Shown here in pieces: positions 50,611 to 63,519 of a DNA stretch of 64,000 nucleotides. Numbering within the stretch: the first letter of the stretch is position 1; every line of letters begins with the position of its first letter. Origin of the DNA: Strigamia acuminata (lineage: Eukaryota); contig OX442314.1 of NCBI GenBank assembly GCA_949358305.1, positions 20,026,001 to 20,090,000 on the forward strand. The letters run 5' to 3'. A program made the position numbers and the translations under genes. The notes under the pieces were generated by a model. That model had not been told where the DNA came from, did no database searches, and was given only the letters and a program-made list of their open reading frames with translations.

Positions 50611-51748
50611 TAGTATGTATCAACTAAAGGTGTAACTCGTGTTCTAACAGTGGTCAAGAACAGGTCAGCCATTACGGCCATCGGAATTACAAGTGAGTTT
50701 TATTCTGGTACTTTTACATAGGTGGCGCTGGGGGTACAGCTCTCGTGAAAAGCAGTCAATCAAAACATAGTAATGCAGTGAAGCTAAAACACAGCAATAG
50801 TTACGTACATGGCGGCCAAGGCCAAGTCACTATGCTAGTATGCTCCAGCAGTCATGAGCGACATAATCAATGTGCGTGCGTGGGCTTTATCTCGCTGGCA
50901 TGTTCAAATGAACATTTACCAAATTAAAAATCAAAATAACTAACAAGAAAAAAAATATAAAACGAAAAAATACAAATTCCTACCAGACGTCATTTCTAAA
51001 AAATAAAAAGTGGCAGAGAGTAGGAGTAGTAGGTGAGTGGTTTTTCTTGTCGTTTGTTGATGTGTTTGTATTAGTCTGTGATGAGAGAAGTAAGAAATAT
51101 GTCTGTGTGAACATGCATTTGTCGATTACCGTGAAGAGACGGCGCTGGTTTGTTGGCACTGGCACTGGCAACGGCATAGTGGTTTGTTTTGTGTTTTTAT
51201 TAATTCCTACCACTATTTCCGTCCGTGGCGCTAATCTCCATTTCCGTTTTCAGGATTGTCATCTTAGACGTAGTTCTACGTAAAAAATCCTTGAGTGAAC
51301 TTTGCAATAATTTTTATTTTGAAAAAATGTTTTAAACGTACAGTCCATTTGGGGGCCATTATACTGTAAATTATCCGCAGTAAACTGCTGGTTTTAATAA
51401 ATAAACTAAATATATAAACTAAATAAGAATGTTGAGTGTAATTTGACCCAACGAATTTATGTGACAACAAATCTTAATTAAAAAACCAAATCAATAGAGT
51501 AGAATGTTTAAATATTTTTCTTTTAAAAAATATATTCAGAATACTTTTAAATAATAGTACTAATATTATTTATTTTCATATTCATCCTGTGCAATATAAA
51601 TCTTGCATAACATCTATTGTTAAAATGTATTCAAGTTTACTATTACGGATTTAAGCAAAGTGCTATTTTAATTACCACCTGATAAAAAAGTATAGTGTAC
51701 TAAATATACGTTAGTTTACTGTGGTAGAATCAGATGTTAGTTGCCAAA

Positions 51749-53645
51749 ATGTTAACAAATATCCCTATTTCAATTTTCTCGGTCATTTTTATTGTCACAT
51801 TGACAAATGTAATGAATGATTATACTACAAAATTTCAATAGATTTTTCAAATTCTGTACCTTTGCATGAATTAATTTTTTTTACAGAGTCAATTCGTACC
51901 AGCCATCCCTTATGTACCGGGTAACAGCCTTGGTGTTGCGAACATGGTTAACCCTGCGCAAAGTAAGTAAAACTTGAATATTGTTTACAATTCTAACTTG
52001 CAATATTATTTTAGTGGGACAAGTGGGACAACTCATACCAGGTAGCAGCCTTGGTGTTGCGAACATGGTTAACCCTGCGCAAAGTAAGTAAAACTTGAAT
52101 ATTGTTTACAATTCTAACTTGCAATATTATTTTAGTGGGACAAGTGGGACAACTCGTACCAGGTAGCAGCCTTGGTGTTGCGAACATGGTTAACCCTGCG
52201 CAAAGTAAGTAAAACTTGAATATTGTTTACAATTCTAACTTGCAATATTATTTTAGTGGGACAAATGGGACAAATGGGACAAATGGGACAACTCGGAAAA
52301 CTCGGAAAACTCGTACCACGTCGTCATCATCATCATCATCACCACTCCTCCGAAGAAGACAATAATCCTGACAATGGTCCGGACGCCCAAAAATCTAACC
52401 AAAGAGGCAACAAACAACTGGAAAGTTCAGGGGGAGGTTTCAATGCAAACATAAATCAAAACAATGCTTTTTCACCTACTTTTGGAAATATGGGAGCAAT
52501 TGGAAGTATTGGGGGGAGAGCAGCGACTGGTTCTGGATTCAATACAGACGGCGGTGGTACTATTAAAGGAAGAGCAGCCAACCAACTGGAAAGTTCAGGT
52601 GGAGGATTCAATACGAATATAAATCAAAATAATCAATTTTCACCTAATTTTGGAAATGTTGGGGATATTGGCGCCATTGGTGGAAGAGCAGCCACGAAAC
52701 AACTGGAAAGTTCAGGTGGAGGATTCAATACAAACATAAATCAAAATAATCAATTTTCACCTAATTTTGGAAATGTTGGGGATATTGGAGCCATTGGTGG
52801 AAGAGCAGCAACGCAAGGTTCTGGATTCAATACAGAAGGCGGTGGTAATATGAAAGGAAGAGCAGCCAAACAACTGGAAAGTACAGGAGGAGGATTCAAT
52901 GCAAATATAAATCAAAATAATGATTTTTCACCCACTTTCGGAAACATTGGAAACATTGGAGCCATTGGTGCAAGATCAGCCACCAAACAACTGGAGAGTA
53001 CAGGAGGAGGATTCAATACAAATATAAATCAAAATAATGAATTTTCACCCAATTTCGGAAACGTTGGAAACATTGGAGCCATTGGTGCAAGAGCAGCAAC
53101 GCAAGGTTCTGGATTCAATACAGAAGGCGCTGGTAAAATTAAAGGAAGAGCAGCCAACCAACTGGAAAGTTCAGGCGGAGGATTCAATACAAATATAAAT
53201 CAAAATAACGAATTTTCGCCAAATTTCGGAAATGTTGGCAATATTGGAGCCATTGGTGGGAGAGCAGCCTCGCGTGGTTCTGGATTCAATACAGACGGTA
53301 TTAAACCGAAAGAACTTGCAGCAGAAAGGGCAGAAACATACTGGGGTGCAAAACTGCGCAATTTATTAGACGGCTTCACTGAACAAGAGATTACCTATTA
53401 TGCAAATTATTTTCTGAAATCTGTCTTGAAGTTTTTCTTCCCTGGAAATTCAGCACAGGCACCGGCACACAACGCTGAATACTTTTTTGATTTCCGTAAA
53501 ATTCATATACCTAAAGGTCACAGGTAATTACTATCATATCCCTCTGATGTCAATATATTGTGATTGAGTTTGAATTGTTGTTTTTTTACTCTACAATTTC
53601 GCTAGGCATTCACAAGAATCAGCTGACAGTAGTGCTAGCGTGTAA
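51749..53645 (+). CDS. Secreted repeat precursor, member 6 (6 long + 3 short cassettes, 2 extra duplicated exons)
   Basis: Exons 51749-51808, 51887-51962, 52015-52083, 52136-52204, 52257-53523 and 53606-53645 (HSQESADSSASV*); His7 tract. Confidence 0.85.
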
Positions 53646-55120
53646 ACATGAATCGCCGAAAGTGTTGGTACGAATAAAATACGAAGTTTCGTAATTTCAT
53701 AATTAAACTATTAGACACCAAAATAAAATTGTAACTTTTTACTGATATATAGACTAACATTATTAATTACAGGAATATAAAAAATAAAACCTTGTTGAAT
53801 TAAAATCTCCAACACACGGTAGTTGAAACTATCGATTCGTTACATTGACTCAGCCTTAAAATTGCCCCGAATTTCCTTCCATCAAAATCTTTGCAATAAT
53901 CTCAATAGAATGGTACGAATGTTGACGCTTGCAATAAACTGTCTAATGCCTAGTTCACACTTAAACCACTTATGTAGAAGTTCTGACTTTTAGAAAGTCT
54001 AATTTCTACAAGTGTGAATGATCTATTTTTAGACTGTTCACACTTGTTCACTAAACTCTATTCCAAAAAGTATTACAAATACTCCCATTGGTTGGTTGGT
54101 TGAGACACTTTAAAAAATCTTCGCACAAGTCTACTGGAATCTGAAAACAGCATCATATTCAAGACACAACTGAACTGTGAATCTCCCAACCAATGGGAGT
54201 ATTTGTAATACTTTTTGGAATAGAGTTTAGTTATGTCATAATAGTAGAAGGGAAGTAGCGAAACTCTCAAGCTCCGCCCCTTTCCAAGTTCATGACATGG
54301 AACTGAAAAAAGTCTTAATGTAAACACACATGATGGAATTAAATTGAAATAAATAAAGATTGACATAAAAAAGAATTCAATTGTTCATAAAAAATAAAAA
54401 GTTAGGCTAAAAGTTGTGTATTTAATTTCTTGTGTGTGTTTGAACTCGAACACCTTGCTGGTTACCAACATCCTGTTGATGTTGGAGTGGTGAAAAGTTG
54501 CGTTTTGGCGCTGCTGTCAAGTTGGGGCTGAATTTTAAAGCCACGCGTGTAAAAAATTAGTTTTTTACCGGTCTTGTGCTTAAAGTTTCCTAATTCGTTT
54601 AGATAATAATTTTATTTTGATTTTATAACACTGTTTGTTGACTATATTTGATCAATTTTGAAATCTTTTAAATATTTAAATAGATTTTTCAGTTTTTTCA
54701 GATTTTTCAGATTTTTCAGATTTTACACCTACTTTTTTAAAGTTTGCCTATATAATTTGATTTGAAGTTGTAATCTTAAGCTGTAAGTAATAAAATAATA
54801 AAAAAAATGTATGAACTAATTTGTGTCATTGTGATTTCTTTACTCTGAGAATTAAATTCAAGAATAAATAAATAAATTAATTTATTAATTAAATAAATAA
54901 AATAAATAAATAAATAAATAAAAATAAATAATAATAATAATAATAATAATAGTAAATAAATAAATAAATAAATTATACCAAATTAAAAAACAGTAGTTTA
55001 AATTAAATTAAGCTTGAATTAGGCCTGAGTAAAAACAAAAACAATAACAATACCGTACATAAGTTACATACTATACTATTAAACTAAATTATTAACGCTG
55101 CTTTTGTTATTTAGGAAACA

Positions 55121-58120
55121 ATGCCTACATGTTTTGTACCGGAATGCAAAACTGGTTATAAATCAGAAAAGAAAAAAAAAGATGAAAAAAAAAAAGATGA
55201 AAACAAAAAAGATGAAAAAGATCATTTTTTCCAGCCTCCGAAAAATCCTGAGCAATTTAAAAAATGGGAAAATGCAATTCCTCGAAAGGATATGAAACTA
55301 CAAAAAACAAGCCGCGTTTGCCATAAGCATTTTATTGAAAATTATTTAGTAAAAGATGATATTTTTATTATTTTAGAGAAGGAAGTGCGAATACCAAGAA
55401 TTAAGTGGAAGTTACAGGATGATGCGATTCCATCTATATTTTTGAATCTTCCTCCCCGTTTCACCAAAAATATCAAAATAAGGAAACCACCTAGGACAAG
55501 AGTTGATGCAGCCAAACTTAGAAGTTCAAGAAGTGAAGACATGGAAACTCAACCCAGTGTGCAGAATGAAGTTACAGAAAATGAACCCAGTATGCAGAAT
55601 GAAGAAGATGTTTTTACAGAAGAGCTAAGGGAACAATTGGTTAACATAGAGAAAAAGATTTCCGAATTGCAAAAAAGAAATGAATTATTGCAACAACGAC
55701 TCAAATGCTCCAACACCTTAAAAGCCAGATATTTAAAGCAAAGGAATGAGTCACAGCAGAAACTCAGAAAAATGGAAACAATTCATAAACAACAATCAAA
55801 ACCTACTAATCCAGTGATACACAACAAATACAGCATGGTGTTAGAGATGATGATGAAGAAGTCAAAATGTTTTCAATCAAAGAAGGGGACAAATGGAATG
55901 AGATACAGTGATCATTTTTTGCTAGAAAGTGCTTTACTTCGTATAAAATCGCCAAAGGGATACATGCACTGCTTGAAACATGAACTTTTACCCCTTCCCT
56001 CACCCAGAAGACTAGAACAATTGGTACGTGGATTGAAATGCAGTTATGGAATCAATGCAAATTCATTACTTGCAATAGCTAACAACTTTGAAGAAAAAGC
56101 TGCTAATCAGCGATGTGGAGTTCTCATCTTTGATGAAGTTAAATTACGTGAGACTGTTGATTTTGACAAAAGCCAAATGAGCTTCAATGGATTTGTGAAT
56201 TTGGGTGAATTTACACCAGAGGAGAAGAAAACACAACTAGCAGATCATGCACTAGTCTTCATGTTTGTGCCATTTCTGGAAAATTGGGTACAGCCTGTTG
56301 CTTGTTTTGCTGCTCAAGGGGCAACTTCAGGAACAATTTTAGCAAAGTTAATTTTAAGTGTGATTCTCGAATTAGAAAATTCTTCTGCCCGAGTAATGGG
56401 GATAACTTGTGATGGTGCTTCAACTAATAAAAAAGCATGGAAAGAATTGGGTATCAACGTAAAGATTAATGCTGTAATAAATAAATTTGCCAATCCAATA
56501 GACAGCAACAGGTACATATATGTGTTTGGTGACTATGTGCATGAGTGGAAATGCATTAGAAATCATTTTGAGAAAGTTAAAAAATGCGTTGTAAGTGTAT
56601 AGTAAACTGATTTAAATGTGACATTTTTAACTTTTGATTTGAATTTATAGTACAATGGGAAAACAGTTGATTACAACTTCTTTGACCATTTATTTGAACG
56701 AGATAATCAAAATGGCGGACTAAAAGTTGTACCAAAGTTGACAGCAAGCCACATCCACCCAAACCAATTTCAAAAAATGAGTGTTAACAGAGCTGTGCAA
56801 GTAAGTATTTACATGTCTCTAATAAATGCTATATAGGATTAGTAATTACTTATTTTTATTTTTATAGCTGTTAAGTGGATCAACAGCTCGTGGGCTTTGT
56901 CACTACAGAAATAGTAGAGATGTAGCATTTGCTGGAAGTGAAAACACAGAAATGTTTGTTGACCACATGAATACCATTTTTGATATTTTAAATGCTAAAT
57001 TGCCGAAGCAAGGTTTAAGAAAAGACACTGAAAAACACCAGGTAAAATTTTTAAAAGCATTGTAATTTGTAATGTATATTTAACCAATTTCTTTCCATAT
57101 TAGATACTGCAGTATTTTGCAAAAGTATTACAAGATCCATCTAATACTTTTGCATCAGAACAAACACTTGAATCACTCCGTGTCACCATAAAAAGTACTC
57201 TTGAATTGTGCAATTACTTGTGGGCCAACGAGTACAAATTTGTGTTGACAGCAAAACTCAATCAAGACCCACTTGAAGTAAATATCTTAAAGATCTCCTG
57301 CTCAGAATTTTTTTTAAAATTATTATTTTATTTTTATTTTTAGAGACATTTTGGTTTAATTAGAGGTCTCAGCTGCAATGACCATCCAACAACAGTAGAC
57401 TTTTTGCAGTTACACCTTCTGCAATCAATCTACACCCCTTTGAAAGGTGTTTTATCGAAAGCAGCAAACTGTGAAACTGCAAATGATAATGTTCTGTCAA
57501 GTTTTACACAAGATTTGAAGAAATTATCGAAACAAGCTACAGAAAACAGTTCACAGTTCCGAGAATCATCACAGAAGACACTGCAGCACAAGATAATTTA
57601 TACTACAAATTTACCAAAACAAATGAGTGATTTTCAGGATGAGACAAAGAGACAAATTGTGTATTATTTGTGTGGATATATTTTAAGACGAATAACCAAC
57701 TATACGGCTTGTGAAAGCTGCATTAAAACATTCATTGCAGATAAGAACTCCCTCCCAACATCAGCAGCTTTCACTTTAAGTAAAGATTATGGCACCTTTT
57801 TAAATTATCCAACTGAAAATTTTTTAAATGTATTTTTACAAGTGGAATATTTTTTACAAAAAGTGTTAGTAGATAATGATGGCAATTTAAATTATTCAAG
57901 CTTAGTTGGCAATGTGTTTGTAGATATTTTAGATTCAATTCCTCAGTTAACTGTGTGTAATATTTTGTGCTGCAGTCAGGAACATATTGAAAGAATTTTG
58001 CCACAACTTTTATTATATTACATGCAAACCCGCTTTTATTTTACAGCTAAAGATATAAGAAAAAATATATGTAATGCTGAAAAAAGCAAAAAAAACAAAA
58101 AAGTAGCTAAGTTAATGTAG
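55121..58120 (+). CDS. Spliced P-element/THAP9-like transposase, about 914 aa
   Basis: Exons 55121-56590, 56651-56800, 56868-57041, 57104-57277 and 57344-58120, all phase 0 and open. THAP domain (CFVPEC..W..VCHKHF..AIPSIF), coiled coil, IFDEV, TCDG, DYVH, QKMSV, FDILN, NQDPLE. Confidence 0.93.
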
Positions 58121-58137
58121 AGAAATTATGAATAATA

Positions 58138-58409
58138 AATGTTAAAATAGAAATAACTGTAAAATTATGTAAATTATTTAAAATGTTAAAATAAAAATAA
58201 CTGTAAAATTATGTAAATTATTTAAAATGTTAAAATAGAAATAACTGTAAAATTATGTAAATTATTTAAAATGTTAAAATAGAAATAACTTTGAATTTAT
58301 GTAAATTATTTAAAATGTTAAAATAGAAATAACTGTAAAATTATGTAAATTATTTAAAATGTTAAAATAGAAATAACTGTAAAATTATGTAAATTATTTA
58401 AAATGTTAA
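58138..58409. repeat. 44-bp minisatellite x6 within the P-like element
   Basis: Unit aatgttaaaatagaaataactgtaaaattatgtaaattatttaa. Confidence 0.9.
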
Positions 58410-60028
58410 CATTGTAAAACATGTCAAAATATAATAAAATAAAATGATAAACGAAATAAGTATCATAACAAAAACATACTTGAGTTTGTATAATCAACAA
58501 ATGAAAAAGTTGTACTCTCATAGACCTTCTACTAACTTTGGATTAGACAATTTTCATGCTTTAAATGAAACATTAGAAAACACAGTAAATATTTCGATTT
58601 AGCTGTGCTCTTTTGTTAAATGCAGGCAATAAACTTACTTGAAGCCCTGCAAACGTGATGGCTCCATGATGAGCGTATATGAGAGCAGCGCCAAAAAGAT
58701 AGTGGCGCCACCATGCGGACCAACACCTGAACTACGGAGTTTCGCTACTTCCCTTCTACTATTATGGTTATGTAGAAATCAGTGACGTTTTTTACTTGAT
58801 TATTTGAGTCTGGAAAAATGGTAGATAATTTGTTTATGTCTGGTAAAATGTTATCCACTGAAAGGTAGGGGTTTGCTTTTCTAATCGTAGCTAATGATCC
58901 ATTAAAGGTAGAAACTTCTGCTTTTTTTTAAATGAAAGAGGGATGCCAGTTTAGTAAACCGACATATTTTTTAAATTAGTTTTCCGTAATAAAAGTTGAC
59001 AAATTTTGGGCCGAAACGAAAATTCACGATCTTGTTTACACTCTATCTGTACGACCGAAACGCATTTTCGTTCGTATTTAACGAACCATTAGGGCTAGAA
59101 AGAAATACTTTTCTTTAAAAGAAAGCTTATTTTTTTCTCTACGTTTTGATATGTTTTATTAATTTTTACATGCTTTTGAAAGTACTTGATTTTGATGCCG
59201 AAAGTAGCAATAAAAATTGATTTGGCATCCATTTTATTTTTGGGATTTTGCTACAATCAGTCACATGACAGAATGGGGGCGGGACTTACAGTTGTGACGT
59301 CAGGTTGTAGAAGTCACTTCTACAACTTCAAGTTGTAGAAGTGTCGCCATTTTGTTCCGAGTTTTAGAAAAACTGGAACAAGTGTGAACACACGACTTTC
59401 TAAAAGTGGGCGGGTTATGTACATAAGTGGTTCAAGTGTGAACGGGGCATAAGAGTCAATAGCTTTAAACTAGTTAAAAAAAATTAGATTGTTTTACAAA
59501 AGGGAAACTGAAGTTATCAGCAGGATTATTTCAAGAACAAGAAATACAAGTACGATATGCAAAAGGGTTGCGTCCCAGATGAGAGCAACACAAAGATATA
59601 AAATGACCAATTTAAATTCTCAACAGATTTTACAATCCTGAAGGAAAAACTACTATAAAGTTTAAAAGTGTAATTGTGTAAACTTAATAAGAAAATACGA
59701 CACTGGAAATTAGAAATTGAACATAAACAAAACACAAAATTATAAGTGAATACAAAATTACATATGGGGTATGGAGGCTACTTCAATTGGTGGTCATCCA
59801 TCATCCACGACATCAATCTTAAGAATTTAGTATGGCAAAACAATTTTATAATCAAGTCGCCAACTCAAAATCAATAAATAAGCTTAAGGGTCTTCGGTAA
59901 ACTTGGTTTATAATTTGAAGTAACTAAAGTGATTAACGTAAATACGATTATTTTATTATTTAAACTAACAATTTCAAATTTTATTCAGGATATCAAAAAA
60001 TTAATTTAAAATGATTTTAACAGACATT

Positions 60029-60831
60029 AGGTGCGTTCAATCTTAAAATGAATTTCCGAAATCGCGATTTTCTTGATTTTCAGAAATCAAGGAAATCTGG
60101 TTTCAACTTTGAACGGCCTTACAATTTCCCGAAATTCAACTGTTGCACCTGCGCAATTTCAACCATTAGATCAACTTCCTGTTTTGACATTTAAATATGG
60201 TCGGCCGCGTTCGAGAGCTCAAACGTGACCGAAATATTGCGATTTGAGATAACTAAAAATCTACTTTGAAATCCACTTTAAAATCAAGAAAAGCGACCCT
60301 ACACTCTGCATATGTGTAACTTGGGGCTATTTCCGATTGGCTGAGCCTTTTCACTTGTGTAGTGATACCAAAAATTGATCAAAACAATGGTTGCCATTTT
60401 GACTGCTTTCCAGACAAAACAACCAATAAAAAAATTTGAAAATTGTTTTGTTCCCTGGAAGAAGCAAGCAATAAACTTAATAAACAGGAATGTTTAAATA
60501 AACCAACATAAATCTTTATTTTATGACTTCAAGATACATTTACTTAGAAAATACAAACAACATTACATCATTTCAATGATTAAAATCATCAAACAAATTT
60601 AAAACCACTCTGAACTATTTTTCCTGGTGGCAGCACAGAGTGAGTCATGAGGCTCAGCCAATCGGTAATAGGCCCAAGTTACACATGGACAGAGTATAGA
60701 CGTGGATTTCACAAAATCTGATCTTCTGAAATCAGATTTCGTTTTTATGACGTAAAAATCGTCACTTCCGATCTCCCGAAAACAGGAAAATCAAAGAAAT
60801 CCAAGAAATCCATTAAAGATTGAACGCACCT
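60029..60831. mobile_element. MITE (3-bp TSD att) with an inner inverted-repeat element at about 60300-60698
   Basis: TIR aggtgcgttcaatctt / aagattgaacgcacct; inner arms atgtgtaacttggggctatttccgattggctgagcc / ggctcagccaatcggtaataggcccaagttacacat. Confidence 0.8.
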
Positions 60832-61388
60832 ATTGTTTTATTAAGGATGTTGATGAATAGCTGATTGCATTCAAGTTTATAATTACACATTTTAACATTT
60901 TAACGAAAATTGCTATCCAAATTACAATTACCCGACGTTTAGAACAAAAGCACATTAAATCAAAGAAAGTTTAATGAGTTATGATCATACTGTATGTGAG
61001 TTTGCCAGGATGGTGAAAAGTCTCTCAGAAACAAAATTTTCTTGATCGTTTTGATTGACAAAGTGCTAATTATTGGCTTTTAAGCAGTAATTTTTTAAGA
61101 ATGTGGTGCGTTATGAAAAAAACTTCGCAACGGGTGCAATCTAATGCAATAACCGCAAAAACTGCAAAAAATCTGTGTCCCCGCCCGTCTAAAATAGAAT
61201 ACTAATATAATTTATTTTCCTATTAATCCATCCTGTGCAATATAAACCTTACATAACATCGTTGTTAAAATGTATTCAAGTTTACTATTGCGGATTTATG
61301 CAAATGGCAATTTTAATTACCACCTGATAAGAAAGTAAAGTCTACTAAATAGAAGTTAGTGTGTTGGCATCAGATGTTAGTTGCCGAA

Positions 61389-63519
61389 ATGTTGAAAAAC
61401 ATTCCTATTTCGATTTTCTCGGTCATTTGTATTGGCACATTGACAAAAGTAATGAACGGTTATATTACAAAAATTCAATGGAATTTTTCAAATTCTGTAC
61501 CTTTGCATGAATTAATTTTTTTTACAGAGTCAATTCGTACCAGTGAAACAAAGCCCTTTAACACCAGTTAGAGGTAGAAGCCTTGGTGATGGAACCATCG
61601 TTACACCTGAGAATAGTAAGTAAAACTTAAATATTGTTTACAATTCTAACTTGGAATATTATTTTAGTCGACGTAGGAATACCCAAACCACGTTCACTAT
61701 CAGAACATCATAGTCATCATCATCATCACCACTCCAAAAAAGACAGCAATCCTGACAATCCTACGGACGCCCAAAATACTAACCAAAAAGTCAACAAACA
61801 ACTGGAAAGTTCAGGGGGAGGTTTCAATGCAAACATAAATCAAAACAATGCCTTTTCACCTACTTTTGGAAATTTGGGATCTATTGGAACCATTGGTGCG
61901 AGGGAATTCACCGATAAAGTGCGAAGTTCAGTAGCAGGATTAAAAACAAATGTAAATGGACTTCCTGATTTTTCAAGCAAGATTGGAAATATTGGAGACA
62001 TTCAAAGTCTTGGTCTCAATGCGAGAGAAATTACTAAACAACTGGAAAGTTCAGGAGGAGGTTTCAATGCAAACATAAATCAAAACAATGCCTTTTCACC
62101 TACTTTTGGAAATTTGGGATCTATTGGAACCATTGGTGCGAGGGAATTCACCGATAAAGTGCGAAGTTCAGTAGCAGGATTGAAAACAAATGTAAATGGA
62201 CTTCCTGATTTTTCAAGCAAGATTGGAAATATTGGAGACATTCAAAGTCTTGGTCTCAATGCGAGAGAAATTACTAAACAACTGGAAAGTTCAGGCGGAG
62301 GATTCAATACAAATATAAATCAAAATAACGAATTTTCGCCAAATTTCGGAAATGTTGGCAATATTGGAGCCATTGGTGGGAGAGCAGCGCATGGTTCTGG
62401 ATTCAATACAGACGGTATTAAACCGAAAGAACTTGCAGCAGAAACATACTGGGTTGCAAAACTGCGCGATTTATTAGACGGCTTCACTGAACAAGAGATT
62501 ACCTATTATGCAAATTATTTCCTGAAATCTGTCTTGAAGTTTTTCTTCCCTGGAAATTCAGCACAGGCACCGGCACACAACGCTGAATACTTTTTTGATT
62601 TCCGTAAAATTCACATACCGAAAGGTCACAGGTAATTACTACCATATACCTCCCATGTCAATATACAGGGTGGTCAGAAAGTCTGGTTCTCAGTAAATAA
62701 TTCCCAAACTGTTCTAGATGTTGATTCAGCAAAATTATTGTAAGGGTAGTATTTCGGGGGAAATCCAATTATGATATCCAATTTGACCTTTGAGGTCATC
62801 TTCAAGGTCATCCATATTGTAACTCGAGAACCGTGACAGATGGAGCAAAAAAGTGAATTAGAAAGTTACAGAGGCATCATCCAATTAGTCTAGAACCGTT
62901 CTTAAAAAAATTATTTCATACTGAAAAGTTTTGAGAAAAAAGGTCTGAAACATTAGTCTACTCAGCATTGTAACTCAGCTTTGTAACCTAAAACTATTGA
63001 GGCAACCAAGCTAATCCTCAATTAGGACACTTTATTTGGTCATACTTTTAAGTGGAAGAGAGGAAACACAAAAGAAAAGAAATAATTTATTTGGGCAATA
63101 CACTTCAACATGATAGTTTTAGGTTACAAAGCTGAGTAGACTAACGTTTCAGAGCTTTTTTCTCAAAACTTTTCAGTATGAAATAATTTTTTTAAGAACG
63201 GTTCTAGACTAATTGGATGATGCTCTATAACTTTCTAATTCACTTTTTTGCTCCATCTGTCACGGTTCTCAAGTTACAATATGGATGACCTTGAAGATGA
63301 CCTCAGAGGTCAAATTGAATGTCATAATTGGATTTCCCCCGACATACTACCTATACAATAATTTTGCTGAATCAACATCTAGAACAGTTTGGAAATTATT
63401 TACTGAGAACCAGACTTTCTGACCACCCTGTATTGTGATTGAGTTTGATTTATTGTTTTTTACTTTACATTTTTGCTAGGCATTCACAAGAATCAGCTGA
63501 CAGTAGTGCTAGCGTGTAA
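61389..63519 (+). CDS. Secreted repeat precursor, member 7 (3 canonical + 2 divergent cassettes)
   Basis: Exons 61389-61448, 61528-61615, 61668-62631 and 63480-63519; the last intron contains a MITE; C-terminus nearly identical to member 6. Confidence 0.85.
62666..63430. mobile_element. Tc1/mariner-type long-TIR MITE
   Basis: ta|cagggtggtcagaaagtctgg ... ccagactttctgaccaccctg|ta with arms over 300 bp; the empty site atgtcaatatattgtgattgag is present in member 6 at about 53547. Confidence 0.92.

Larger units (their letters stand above)
54237..58766 (+). mobile_element. Complete P-superfamily (THAP) DNA transposon
   Basis: Perfect 30-bp TIRs cataatagtagaagggaagtagcgaaactc; 7-bp TSD gttatgt at 54230-54236 and 58767-58773. 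Confidence 0.93.
53947..59449. mobile_element. PIF/Harbinger-type non-autonomous element hosting the P-like transposon
   Basis: TIRs tgcctagttcacacttaaaccacttatgta / tacataagtggttcaagtgtgaacggggca; TAA TSD. Confidence 0.8.
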
